NCBI RefSeq assembly: GCF_009914755.1
Contig: NC_060947.1
DNA length: 64,000 nt
Reading direction: 5' to 3' (one strand)
Source: the human T2T-CHM13v2.0 reference genome, Homo sapiens
In this document: piece by piece, positions 44,826 to 59,912 of the stretch
How the letters are laid out: every line of letters starts with the position of its first letter
Numbering within the stretch: position 1 is the first letter of the stretch
Program-made: the position numbers and the translations under genes
The notes under the pieces: model-generated
Told to the model about the DNA's origin: nothing
Database searches by the model: none
What the model saw: only the letters and a program-made list of their open reading frames with translations

Positions 44826-45584
44826 TACGAAAACCTGCTCTTTAGGTGTAGAGAAAGTCTTTTGAATTTGACCTCCCGAGGAGTCAGACCTATAGATGTA
44901 GATGACCTTTAGAACTGGGATCCATGCCCTGGCTCAGGCCAAAGTTTGATCAGACTCTGGCTCAGATATCAGTCTTTCCACCAACATTTATATCCTGACA
45001 TGGTGGACAATATTCTGGTAGGAGGAGCACTAGCTAGTACTAGAAGTTTACTCAGAGAATTGGGCTTCAAGGGTTGGCAGAGTGGTCTCTAAATAGCAGA
45101 GGGCCCAAGGGGGATGTGGGGGTTGAGTGGAGGTAGAGGGGAAGACTTTCCAAATGTGGTCAAACTTTTATATGCCTGGCAAAGAAAGAATGTGTGTGCA
45201 TGTGTGTCTTGATCCTGGACTCACAAGAACTGTCAGTGGTAGAGTGAAGTGAAGGAGGAGAAAGCACTGAGGCAGAATGTAGGACTAGAGGGCTGGGGGG
45301 AGGGGTGTGGTAGTAGGGTGGTGGCGGTTGATAAACTTGTAAGTCATCTCTCGGCAGCAGGGCTGTAAAAGCTGGGTGGGACCACCCTCCCACCCCCACA
45401 CTAAAGCCCTACCCATGCCTATCACCCTGCCTGATTCACTATCTGTGCCAGGTGATGTGGTCCACTGCCCTTCACTGACCATGTTGTTATTCAAGACACC
45501 TGAGATTTCCTAGATGCCAGTTTGTATAGACAGTTCCAAACTTAATATTAATCTCTGTATGGCTCTTATTTGATTTTGTAAAAT

Positions 45585-46860
45585 GATTCCCTATTTAATA
45601 AATGGTGCTGGGAGAACTGACTAGCCATATGTAGAAAATTGAAAATGGACCCCTTTCTTATACCTTATACAAAAATTAACTCAAGATGGATTGAAGACTT
45701 AAATTTAAAACCCAAATCTATAAAAACCCTAGGAGAAAATCTAGGCAATACCATTCAGGACATAGTCACGGGCAAAGATTTCATACGAAGAGACACCAAA
45801 AGCAATTGGAACAAAAGCAAAAACTGACAAGTGGGATCTAACTAAACTAAAGAGCTTCTGCACAGCAAAAGAAACTATCATCAGAGTGAAGAAACAACCT
45901 AAAGAATGGTAGAAAATATTTGCAATCTATCCATCTGACAAAGGTCTAATATCCAGATTCTACAAGGAACATAAACAAATTTACAAGAAAAAAACAAACT
46001 AACCCATTAAAAAGTGGGCAAGGGACATGACCAGACACTTCTCAAAAGAGGACATTTATGCAGCCAGCAAACATATGAAAAAAAAAGCTCAACATCACTG
46101 ATTATTACAGAAATGCAAATCAGAACCACACTGAGATACCATCTCATGCCAATCAGAATGGCAATTATTAAAAAGTCAAGAAACAACAGATCTGGTGAAG
46201 CTGTGGAGAAATAGGAACGCTTTTACACTGATGGTGAGAATGCAAATTAGTTCAACCATTGTGGAAGACAGTATGGCAATTCCTTAAAGACCTAGAACCA
46301 GAAATACCATTTGACCCAACAATCCCATTACTGGGCATATAGCCAAAGGAATATAAATCATTCTATTACAAAGATACATGGACACATATGTTCATTGCAG
46401 CACTGTTCACAATAGCAAAGATGTGGAATAAACTCAAATGCCCATCAGTGATAGACTGGATAAAGAAAATGTGGTACATATACACCATGGAATACTATGC
46501 AGCCATAAAAAGGAACAGGATCACGTCCTTTGCAGGGACATGGATGGAGCTGGAAGCCATTATCCTTAGCTAATTAACACAGAAACAGAAAACCAAACAC
46601 ATATTTTCACTTATAAGTGGGAGCTGAACAATGAGAACACATGGACACAGGAAGGGGAACAACACACACTGGTGCCTGTCAGGGGTGCAGTGGGAAGGAG
46701 AGCATCAGGATAAATAGCTAATGCATAAGGGGCTTAATACCTAGGTGATGGGTTAGTAGGTCCAGCAAACCACCATGGCACATGTTTACCTATGTAACAA
46801 ACCTACATGTCCTGCACTTGTATCCCAGCACTTTAAATTAAATTAAATTGAAATTTTAAA
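45585..46860 (+). mobile_element. 5'-truncated L1PA14/15-like LINE-1
   Basis: ORF2 C-terminal peptides; 3'UTR GAGAGCATCAGGATAAATAGCTAATGCA. Confidence 0.88.
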
Positions 46861-49281
46861 AATAATATAATAAAACTACTACATATCAGAACCTAAGTCA
46901 TTTAAGTCAGAGAAAATATAACTTTATGCCAGTAAATATTTACATGAAAAATAAAAATGAATGAGAACAAATGAATTAAGCATCTATTTCAAGAAATTAT
47001 GGGAAACATATTAAAATAAAATAGAATAAAGATAAAAGCAAATAAGAAGATAGAAAAAATATAGAATAAATAATAGGCTAAAAGCTAGTTCCTTGACTGA
47101 ACCCAACAAAAGATAAAAGATATACTAATATATCAACATAATGTGCTCAATATTTTAAAACTTATTAATGGGGTATATTGTATACACATAAAATTAACAT
47201 ATAAATGTACCATTTAGTGAATTATTTGGATTTTTATGGTCCTTATCAAAGTGAGATAATTTTTATTTTTATTAATTTATTTCTTAAATTGACAAAAATT
47301 CATATATTTATCATATACAACATGCTGTTTTGAAATATATACACATTGTGGAATGGCTAAATCAAGATAATTAGCATATGTATTACCTCACTACTTGCAA
47401 TTTTGTGGTGAAAACACTTAAAATCTTTTCTTAGCAATTTTCAAGAATAAAATACATTGTTACTAAATTTAGTCACCTTGTTGTACAATAAATATTTTGA
47501 ATTTATTGCTCCTGACTGAAATTTTTATTCTTCGACCAACATATTCCAACCCCAACCTCCACCCCAACTGGTAACCACAATTGTCCTCCCTACATCTATG
47601 AATTTAAATATTTTTATTAATCCATAATACTTGTGTGTATTTGTGGTGTACATGTGATATTTTGGTACATGCACACAATGTATAATGATTAAATCTAGGT
47701 CATTGAGATATCCATCACTTCATATATTTATCATTTCTTTATGTTGGAAATATCCCAAATCTTCTAGGTATTTTGAAATACACAATAGTATAATATTGTA
47801 TATTCAATAGTGTGCTATGGAACACTAAAATTTATTCCTTCTATTTAACTATATTTTTATACCCATTAACAAACCTCTTTTCATCCCTCCCTCCACACTA
47901 CGTTTCCCCAGCCTTTGGTAACCATCATTCTACCCTCTACCTCCATGAGATCCACTTTTTACGCTCCTACATATGAGTGAGAACATGCAATATTTGTCTT
48001 TCTGTGTCTGGCTTATTTCATGTAACATAAAATCTCCCAGTTCCATCCATGTTACTGCAAATGACAGGATTTCATTCTTTTTATGGTTGAATGATATTCC
48101 ATTGTGTATGTATGTATAGATAGATAGATTGATAGATTGATAGATCGATAGATACTTAGGTTGATTCCACATCCACATCCTGGCTATTGTGAATAATGTT
48201 GTAATGAACACAGGAGTGCAGATATCTTTTCGACATACTGATTTAATTTCCTTTGGATATATACCTAGTAGTGAGATTGAGGGATTTTATGGTAGTTCTA
48301 TTTTAATTTTTTGAGAAACCTCCATAGTGTTTTCCATAATGGCTATACTAATTTATGTTCCCACCAACAATGTCCAAGTGTTCCCTTTTATTCACATCCT
48401 CTCCAATAATTATTTCTTGGTTTTTTGATAATAGCCATTCTAACAGGTGTGAGGTGATATCTCATTGTGGTTTTAATTTACACTTCTCTGATGATTAGTG
48501 ATTTTGAGCATTTTTATCATATATCTGTTGGCCATTTGTATGTCTTCTTTTGAAAAATGTCTATTCAGGTCCCTTGCTCATATTTTAATTGGATTATTTG
48601 TTTTTTTTCTATAAAGTTGTTTGAGTTTCCTACATACTTTGGATATTAACCCTTTATCAGATGTATAGTTTGCAAATATTTTCTCCCATTCTGTAGATGG
48701 TCACTTCACTCTGTTCATTGTTTCCTTGGCTGTACAGAAACTTTTTAGTTTGATGTAGTCTGGTTTGTCTATTTTTTTTTTTTGCTTTTGTTGTCTATGC
48801 TTTTGGGTCTATAGTCCAAAAATTATCGTCCAGACCAACACAATGGAGTTTTACCCATATGTTTTCTTCTAGTAGTTTTACACGTTCAGGTCTTACATTT
48901 AACTCTTTAATACATTTTGAGTTTTTTTTTAAATGTGTGAGCTAAGGGTTCAGTTTAATTTTTCTGCATGTAGATATACAGATACACAGTTGTCCTAACA
49001 CCCTTTATCAAAGAACCTATCCTTTCTTCATTGTGTGTTCTTGGCACCTTAATTGACCATATATGCATGGATTTATTTCTGGGCTCTATATTCTGTTCCA
49101 TTTGCCTCTGAGTCTGTTTTTATGCTAGTACCATACTGTTTCGTTTAATACAGCACTGTGGTATATTTTGAAGTCAAGTGGTGTGATCAATTCAGATTCG
49201 TTCCTTTTGTTCAAGATTGCTCTGGCTCTTTGGGGTGTTTTGTTTGTTTTTGTAAGTTTTAGGATTGTTTTTTCTATTTCT

Positions 49282-49584
49282 TTTTTTTTTTTTTTTTTTT
49301 TTTTGAGACAGAGTCTCGCTCTGTTGCCCAGGCTGGAGTGTAGCGGCATGATCTCACTTACTGCAAGCTCCGCCTTCCGGGTTCACGCCATTCTCCTGCC
49401 TCAGCCTCCCGAGGAGCTGGGACTACAGGCACCCGCCACCAGGCCCGGCTAATTTTTTGTATTTTTAGTAAAGACAGGGTATCACCGTGTTTGCCAGAAT
49501 GGTCTCGATCTCCTGACCTCGTGATCCGCCTGTCTCGGCCTCCCAAAGTGCTGGGATTACAGGCGTGAGCCACTGCGCCCGGCC
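49282..49584 (-). mobile_element. AluY
   Basis: GCAAGCTCCGCC and TTCACGCCATT diagnostics. TSD TGTTTTTTCTATTTCT. Confidence 0.95.
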
Positions 49585-49981
49585 TGTTTTTTCTATTTCT
49601 ATGAAAAAAATGACATTGAAATTTCAGTAGGAATTGGGTAGTATGGACATTTTGACAATATTCTTTCAACCCATGAAAAGGACTATCTTTTCACTTATTT
49701 ATGTCTTCTATTTCTTTTATTCACATTTTATAGATTTTGGTGTGTTTTTTTCACTTCCTTGGCTAGGTTTATTCATTTTTCTTTTTTCAATTTTAGGCAG
49801 TAGTCAAGCTTGCATGAATTCATTCTTAAGTATTCTTTTTTGTAGCTATTGTAAATGGGATTGTTTTCTTCATTTATGTTTTGGATAATTTCTTATAAGT
49901 ATATAGAAATGCTATTGATTTTTAACATTGTGTATCCTAAAACCTTACTGGATTTGTTTGCCAGGTTTAAAAGTTTTTTGG

Positions 49982-50280
49982 GGCCAGGTACAGTGGCTCA
50001 TGCCTGTAATCCCAGCACTTTGGGAGGCCAAGACAGGCGAACCACTTGAGGCCAGGAGTTCGAGACCACCCTGGCCAACATGGTGAAACCCCATCTCTAC
50101 TAAAATTAAAAAAATTAGCTGGGCATGGTGGCTCACACCTGTAGCCCAACTACTCAGGAGTCTGAGACACAAGAACTGCTTGAACCCAGGAGGCAGAGGT
50201 GCAGTGAGCCGAGATTGTGCCACCGCACTCCAGCCCGGACCACAGAGTGACACTGCCTAAAAAACAATAATAAATAAATA
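49982..50280 (+). mobile_element. AluS/J
   Basis: Full dimer with decayed A-tail. Confidence 0.92.
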
Positions 50281-50304
50281 CAGAGCTTTTTGGTGGTTTT
50301 TAGG

Positions 50305-50590
50305 GTTTATATATATAAAACACCCTAAAATATAATAATATACATATAAATGTTACGTATATAGATATAATATACATATACATGTATATACGTATATAAT
50401 TATAATATACATGTATATACATATATACATGTATATTATATACGTATATACATGTATACATATGTATATACGTATATATTATATTTAATTATATAATATA
50501 CATGTGTATGTATATATTTTTATTATATAAATGTTACATTTATATAATATAAATATACATACATGTATATTTTTTAGATATGTAATACAT

Positions 50591-50627
<37 letters not shown>
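50305..50627. repeat. AT-rich (TA/TACATG/CA)n low-complexity tract
   Basis: About 320 bp of TATA, TACATGTA, TACGTA and (CA)n. Confidence 0.92.
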
Positions 50628-51024
50628 AGACCATGTCACCTGCAAACAGGGACAATTTAACTGCTTCCTTTTAAATTTGAATACCTTTTATTTATTTCTC
50701 TTGCCTATTTGCTGTGGCAAGGATTTCTAGTACTATGTTGATTAGAAGTGTTGAGGGTGAGCATTCTTATCTTGTTCCTGATCTCGGAGGAAAAACTTTC
50801 AACTTTTCACCATTTAGTATGGTTGCTAGCTGTGGGTTTCTCATATATGACCTTTACTATGTTGAGGTACATTCCTTATATACCTAATTTGTGGAGAATT
50901 TTTATCATAAATGGATGTTGAATTTTGTCAAATGCTTTTACTACATCTATTCAGATGATCATAACATTTTCATCCTTCATTTTGTTCATATAATAAATCA
51001 CATTTATAGATTTGTGTATGTTGA

Positions 51025-51362
<338 letters not shown>

Positions 51363-51640
51363 GAATGACTCTTTTAATGTGTTGTTGAATACAGTTTGCT
51401 CTTATTTTGCAGAGGATTTTGCATCTATGTTTATCAGGAATATTGGCCTACAATTTTCTTTTCTTATAGTGTCTGTGGCTGGCTTTGGTATCATTGTAAT
51501 GCTGGCCTCCTAAAATGAGTTTGGAAGTATTTCCTCTTCTTTAATTTTTTGAAGAATTTTGAGAAAGATTAATACTAGTTTATTTATAAACGTTTGGTAG
51601 AATTTGGCAGTGAAGACATCAGGTCCTGAGCCTTTCTTTA

Positions 51641-52408
51641 TTTTTTACTTTAAGTTCCGGGATACATGTGCAAAATGTGCAGGTTTTTCACATAGATATA
51701 CATGTGCCATGGAGGTTTGCTGCACCTATCAACCTGCCATCTAGGTTTTATGCCCCGCATGCATTAGGTATTTGTCCTAATGATCTCCCTCACCTTGCCC
51801 CCACACCCCGACAGGCCTCGGTGTGTGTTGTTCCCCTCCCTGTGTCCATGTGTTCTCGTTGTTCAACTCCCACTTATGAGTGAGAACATGTGGTGTTTGG
51901 TTTTCTGTTCCTATGTTAGTTTGCTGAGAATGATGACTTCCAGTTTCATCCATGTCCCTGCAAAAGGCATGATCTCATTCTGTTTTATGGCTGCATAATA
52001 TTCCATGGTGTATATGTGCCAGATTTTCTTTATCCAGTTTATCATTGATGGGCATTTGGGTTGGTTTCAAGTCTTTGCTATTGTAAATAGTGCTGCAATA
52101 AACATACTTGTTCATGTCTTTATAGTAGGATGCTCATCGTTACTGGTCATTAGAGAAATGCAGATCAAAACCACAATGAGATACCATCTCATGCCAGTCA
52201 GAATGGCGATTATTAAAAAGTCAGGAAACAATAGATGCCGGTGAGGCTGTGGAGTAATAGGAATGCTTTTGCACTGTTGGTGGGAGTGTAAATTAGTTCA
52301 ACCATTGTGGAAGACAGTGTGACGATTCCTCAAGGACCTAGAAACAGAAATACCATTTGACCCAGCAATTCCATTACTGGGTATATACCCAAAGGATTAT
52401 AAATTATT
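51641..52408 (-). mobile_element. L1PA8-like insertion with 5' inversion (twin priming)
   Basis: 51641 to about 52128 is the antisense 3' end; about 52129-52408 is a sense upstream segment. TSD CTGAGCCTTTCTTTAT (51626, 52409). Confidence 0.92.
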
Positions 52409-53352
52409 CTGAGCCTTTCTTTATGGGAGACTTTTTATTACTGATTCACTCTCCTTACTCATTATTGTTCTGCTCAGATTTTTTATTTCTTCATAATTCA
52501 GTGTTGGTAGGTTGTATGTGTCTACGAATTTATCCGTTTCTTCTAGGTTATTCAATATGCTGGTGTATAATTTTTTTATAGTGGTCTTTTATGATCTTTT
52601 CAATTTCTGTAGTATCAGTTATAATGTCTTCTTTTTCATCCTTGCTTTCATTTATTTAAGTCATTTGTCTTTTTTTAGTCTAACTAATGTTTTGTCACTT
52701 TTGTTTATATTTTCAAAAAACTAACTCTTCAATTCCTTGATCTTTTCTATTGTATTTCTAGTCTCTATTTAGTTTATTTCTAATCAAATCTTTATTATTT
52801 CCTTCCTTCCTCTGACTTTGGGCTTAATTTGTTCTTTTTCCAGTTCCTCGAGTTGTAATATTAGGTTGTTCATGTGAGACTTTCTTCTTTTTTGTTACAG
52901 ATATTTATTGGTCTATACTTTCCCCATAGAACTACTTTTGCTGCATCCCATAAGTTTTGTTATATTGTGTTTCCATTTTGTCTCAAGATATTTAAAATTT
53001 TCCTTTTAATTTCTTCATTGATCCATTGATGTTTAGGAGCATGTTGTTTAATTCTCATGTATTTGTGAAGTTTTCAAAATTTTTTCTGTTATTTATTTTT
53101 AGTTTTATGCCATTGTGGTCAGATACTTTATATAATTTCAGTCTTTTGAAATGTGTTAAGATTGTTTTGGGGCCTAGCATATGATCTTCTGGAGAATGTG
53201 TGAGCTTTAAAAATAATGTATATTCTGCTGCTGTTGGACGGAATTCTTTCTATATGCCTGATAGTTACCCTTGGGCTAAAGTACAGTTTAAGTCCAAGTT
53301 TTCCTTGTTGATTTTCTCTCCGGATATGTTCATTGTTAAAAGTCAGACTTAA

Positions 53353-53621
<269 letters not shown>

Positions 53622-54046
53622 AATGTCCCCCGCTATTATTGTATTATAGTCCATCCTACCCTTCAGATTCATTAATATTTCCTTTATATATTTAGGTGCT
53701 CTTATGTTAAGTGCAAATATACTTAAAATTATTATATCCTCTTGATGAATTGACACCATTATCATTATATACTGTCCTTTGTCTAATTTTACAGTTTTGT
53801 ACTTAAAGTCGATTTAATCTAAGTATAGCTACTCCTGTTCTATTTTCGTTTCCATTTGCATGGAATGTATTTTTTCATCTTTTCACTTTCAGTTCTGTGT
53901 GTCCTTAAATTGAAGTGAGTCTTCTGTTAACATATATAGTTGGGCATTCATTTTTTTCCATTCAGCCACTCTCTGTCTTTTGATTGAAAAATTTAATCCA
54001 TCTATATTCAAAGTAATTATTGAGAGGTGAAGACTTACTGCTGCCT

Positions 54047-55680
54047 TATTTTAATTTTATTTATCTAATTTTATGGGATACAAATGTAATTTTGTTACAT
54101 GTATAGATTATGTAGTGGTAAAGTCAGGATTTTCTGGGTGTCAATCATCTGAATAATACACATTGAGCCCATTAAGTAATTTATCATCATCCATAACCCT
54201 CCAACCCACTCACCCTTCTGAATCTCCATTGTCTATAATTCCACACTCTACATCCATGTATACACATTATTTAGCTCCCACTTATAAGTGAGAACATGTG
54301 GTATTTATCCTTCTGTGTCTGACTTGTATCAGTTAAGACAATGGACTCCAGTTCATTGTGTTGCTGCAAAAGACATGATTTTATTCTTTTTATGGTTGAA
54401 TAGTATTCCATTATGTATACATACCACATTTTCTTCATCCAATCACTCATTGATGGATAGTTAGGTTGATTCCATATCTTTGCTATTGTAAATAGTGCTG
54501 CAGTAAACATACAGGTGCAGGTCTCTTTTTGATGTAATTGTTTCTTTTCCTTTGAGTAGATTCCTAGCAGTGGGATTGCTGGATTGACTAGTAGTTCTAC
54601 TTTTAGTTCTTAGATAAGTCTCGGTAATGTTTTCCATAGATGTTTTACTAATTTACATTTCTAACAACAGTGTATGAGTTCCCTTTTCTCCACATCCTCA
54701 TGAATATTTGTTGTATTTTGTCTTTTTAAAAATAGCCATTCCAAAAACATAGCCATTCTAACTAGTGTAAGATGATATCTTATTGTGATACTAATTTACA
54801 TTCCTCTGGTGATTAGTGATGTTCAGCATTTTTCATATGCCTGTTGGCCATTTGTATGTCTTCTGAAAAGTATCTATTAATGTTCCTTGCTCGCTTTTTA
54901 ATGGGATAATTTTGTTGTTATTGTTGTTGAATTGTTTGAGTTCCTTGAAAATTCTTGATAGTAGTCCCCTGTTGGGTGCTTAGTTTGCAAATATTTTCTC
55001 CCATTCTGCATGTTGTCTGTTTGCTTTGTTGATCAGTTATTTTGCTACACAGAAGCTCTCTAGTTTAATTAAGTCCCATTTGTCTATTTTTGTTTTAATT
55101 ACCTGTTCTTTTGGGGTTTTCATCATTAATTCTTTGCCCAGACAAATGTCCAGAAGAGTTTTCCATAGGTTTTCTTCTAGTATTTTTATAGTTTCATGTC
55201 TTACATTTAAGTCTTTAATCCATCTTGAGTGAATTTTTGTATATAGTGAGAAATAGTGGTCCAGTTTTATTCTTCTGCAAATGACAATCCAATTTCCCAG
55301 CACCATTTATTGAAAAGAATATCCTTTTCCCAGTGTATGTTCTTGTTGATTTTGTCAAACATCAGATGGCTGTAAATATGTGCCTTTACTTCTGGGTTTT
55401 CTATTCTGTTCCATTGATCTATGTGTCTACTTTTATGCCAATATCATGCTGTTTTGGTTATACAGACTTGTAGTATAATTCTAAATCAGATAATGTGATG
55501 CTTCCAGTTTTATCATTTTTGCATAGGATTGCTTTGACTATTCAGGATCTTTTTTGGTTTCATAAGAATTTTAGAATTGTTTTTTTCTAATTCGGTAAAA
55601 AATTAAGTAGGTATTTTAACAGGGATAACATTGAATCTGTAGATTGCTTTGGGCAGTATGATCATTTTAACAATATTGAT
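54047..55680 (-). mobile_element. 5'-truncated L1PB4/L1MA-like LINE-1
   Basis: 3'UTR GTATAGATTATGTAGTGGTAAAGTCAGG; ORF2 C-terminal peptides. Confidence 0.8.
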
Positions 55681-55689
55681 TATTAAGTG

Positions 55690-57030
55690 TGTTATTTATA
55701 CCCTCAAGTATTTTGGGGGTTTTCCAGTTATCTGTCTCTTGTTGATTTCTAATTTAATTCCACTGTGGTCTGAGAGCATGCTTTGCATGATATCTATTCT
55801 CTTAAATTTTTAAGGTGTGTTTTATAGCCCAGAATGTCATCTATCTTGATGAATAATTTGTGTAAGCTTGAAAAGAGTGTGTATTCTGCTGTTGTTGGAT
55901 GAAGTATTCCATAAATATCAATTAGATACAACTGACTCATGATGTTGTGTTTAACTATATCCTTATTGATTTTATGCTTGCTAAATCTGTCAATTACTGA
56001 TAAAAGGTATTGAAGTCTCTACCTACAATAGTTGATTCATCTACTTCTCTTTGCAGTTTTGTAAGTTTTGGACTCATATATTTTGATGCTCTCTGTTAGG
56101 CACATACACATCCAGGGTTTTTATGTCTCTTTGGAGAATTGACTCTTTTGTCATTGTTCAGTGCCCCTCTTTATCCCTGGTAATTTTCCTTCCTTTAAAT
56201 TTTTCTTTGCCCCGAGTTTATAGCTACTATAGCTTTCTTTTCATTAGAATTAACATGGTATATTTTTCTCAACCCCTTCACTGTTACATTATCTATGTCT
56301 TCATATTTAAAGTTGGTTTCTTGTAGAATATAGAAAATATATAGTTGAGTCATATTGTTTTATCAACTTTGACAGTTCATTTCTTTCAGCTGATGTACTT
56401 AAATTATTAAAATTTAAGTGATTATTGGTATAGTTGAATTAATGTCTACCATGTTTTAACTGTTTTCGAATTCTTATCGCTGTTATTTCTCTCTCTTTTT
56501 TGTCTTCCACTCTTTTTCTGTCTTCTCTGGTTTTAATTGAGCACCTTGTATAATTCCATTTTATCTTTTCTCTTAGCATATCAATAATACTTTTTAAAAA
56601 CTTTTTTTAGTGATCACCATCGAGTTTGTAATACATATTTATAACTAATAAAAGTCCACTTCCAAATAATACTATATATTTTCATGGATAAGTACTAATT
56701 AATAGAGTATTCCCAATTTCTCCCTCCTTTCACTTAAAACATTGCTGTTATTCCTATCACTTTTCCATAGCAGTAATCACTGAATGCATTGTTGCCATTG
56801 TTATTTTGAATAAATTGTAACCTGATACGTTTATTAAAATAATAAAAGATTTTATTTTATCTTCATTTACTCCTTCTCTAATGTTCTTCCTTTCTTTATG
56901 TAGATCCAAGATTCTGATCTGTATTATTTTTCTCTCTGAAGAACTTCTTTTAACATTGAAGCATATATTATGGCAACAAATTTCCTCAATTTTAATTTGT
57001 CTGAGAAAGTCTTTTTCTGTCTTTTACTTT
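55690..57030 (-). mobile_element. Old L1M fragment (EN domain / inter-ORF)
   Basis: CCACTGTGGTCTGAGAGC and GTGTATTCTGCTGTTGTTGGATGAAGT. Confidence 0.7.
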
Positions 57031-58566
57031 AATTTTTTTTATTTTTAATGTTTCTGGATACACAGTAGGTATATATATTTCCCGGGTACATGAGATATTT
57101 TGATACAGGCATATAATGTGTAATAATCATATTAGGATAAATGGGGTATTCATCTCATCAATCATTTATCCTTTGTGTTACAAACAATCCAATTATACCA
57201 TTTTATTTTAAAATGTACAATTAAATTATTTTTAACTATAGTCACCCCGTTGTACTATCAAATACTAGATCTTATTCATTCTTTCTATTTTTTTTCTACC
57301 TATTAACCATCCCCACTTCCTTCCCAAACACCCCCCTGCATTCTCCTGCAACTACCGTTCCCAGCCTCTGGTAACCGTCCTTCTGCTCTCTAGCTCCATG
57401 AGTTCAATTGTTTTAATTTTTAGCTCATGAAAATAAGTGAGAACACGTGAAGTATGTCTCTCTGTGCCTGGGTTATTTCACTCAACATAATGACCTCCTG
57501 TTCCATCTGTGTTGTTGCAAATGACAGGATCTTATTCTTTTTTTATGGCTGAATAGTACTCCTTGTGTATATGTACCACATCTTCTTTATTCATTCATCT
57601 GTTGATGGGCACTTGGGTTGCTTCCAAATCATGACTATTGTGAACAGTGCTGCAACAAACACGGGTAGGCAGGTATCTCTTTAATATACTGATTTCCTTT
57701 TTTGGGGTATGTAACTAGTAGTGGATTTGCTGGCTCATATAGTAGCTCTATTTTTTGATTTTGAGGAGACTGCAAAATTTGTAGTTGTACTCATTTGCAT
57801 TCTCAAAAGCAGTGTACAAGGGTTCCCTTTTCTCCACATCCTCGTCAGCATTTGTTATTTCCTAACTTTTGGATAAAAGCCATTTTAACTGGGGTGAGAT
57901 GATAACTCATTGTAGTTTTTACTTGTATTGCTCTGATGATCAGTGATATTGAGCACCTTTTCTTATAGCTATTTGCCATTTGTATGTCTTCTTTTGAGAA
58001 GTGTCTATTCAGATCTTTTCCCCTTTTTAATTGGATGATTAGATTTTTTTCCTATAGAGTTGTTTGAGCTCCTTATATATTCTGGTGGTTAATCTCTTGT
58101 CAGATAGATAGTTTGCAAATATTTTCTCCTATTCTGTGGGTTGTCTCTTCACTTTGTTGATAATTACCTTTGCTGTGCAGAAGCTTTGTAACTTCTGCAC
58201 AGCAAAGGTAACAATGTGATCCTATCTGTCCATTTTTGCTTTGGTTGCTTGTGCTTGTAGGATATTACTCAACAAATATTTACCAGTCCAATGTCCTGGA
58301 GATTCGCCCCAACTTTTTCTTGTAGTAGTTTCATAGTTTGAGTTATTAGGTATAAGTCTTTAATCCATTTTGATATGATTTTTGTATATGGTGAGAGATA
58401 GGGGTTTAGTTTCATTCTTTTGCATATGGTAACCAGTTTTCCCAGGACCGTTTATTTAAGAGACAGTGTATTTTTTGGCAGCTTTGTCGAAAATGAGTTC
58501 AGTACAGATGCATGGACTTGTTTCTGAGTTCTCTATTCTGTTCCATTGATCTATATGTCTGTTTCT

Positions 58567-58906
<340 letters not shown>

Positions 58907-59539
58907 TAATTTGAAGTCAGGAAATGTTATTCTTCCTGTTTTGTTCTTTTTACTCAGGACAGCTTTGGCTATTCTGGGTCTTTTGTGATTGAATACACAT
59001 TTTAGAATAGTTTTTTTAAATTTCTGTGAAGAATCTCATTGGTATTTTGATAGGGATTGCATTGAATCCGTAGATTTCTTTGAGTAGTATGGACATTTTA
59101 ACAATATTGATTCTTCCAATTTGTGAATTTTGAATATCTTTACATTTTTTATGTCCTCTTCAATTTCTTTCATCAATGTTTTATAATTTTTATTATAGTG
59201 ATCTTTCACTTCTTTGGTTAATTCCTAGGTACTTAATATTGTTGTAGCTATTATAAATGGGATTACATTATTGATTTCATTTTCAGATTGTTCACAATTG
59301 GCATATAGAAATGCTACTGATTTTTGTATGTTGATTTTGTATCCTGCAACTTTACTGAATTTGTTTATCAGTTCTCTTAATTTTTTTAGTGGAGTCTTTA
59401 GGTTTTTTCCAAATATAAGATAATATCATCTGTAAACAAGGATAATTTGACTTCTTCCTTTCCAGTGTAGGTGTGCCTCATTTCTTTTTCTTGTCTGATT
59501 GCTCTAGCTGGGACTTCCAGTATTATTTTGAATAAGAGT

Positions 59540-59912
59540 TAATATGGTTTGGATTTGTGTCCCCACCCAAATCTCATGTCAAATTGTAATCCCCAATTTT
59601 GGAGGTGAGGCCTGGTGGGAGCTGATTGGATCATGGGGGCAGATTTCCCCCTTGCTATTCTCTGATAATGAGTGAGTTCTCACGAGATCTGGTTGTTTAA
59701 AAGTGTGTGGCGCCTCCCCCATCTCACTCTTCCTCCTTCTCCAGCCATGTAAGACGTGCATGCTTTCCCTTTGCCTTCTGCATGATTGTAAGTTCCCTGA
59801 GGCCTCCTCAGCCATACTTCCTGTACAGCCTGCAGAAATGTGAGTCAATTAAACCCTTTCTTTATCCAGTCTCAGATAGTTTTTTATAGCCATGAAAGAA
59901 TGGAATAATACA
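59540..59912 (+). mobile_element. MSTA-like MaLR solo LTR
   Basis: TAATATGGTTTGGATTTGTGTCCCCACCCAAATCTCATG...TAATACA. Confidence 0.9.
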
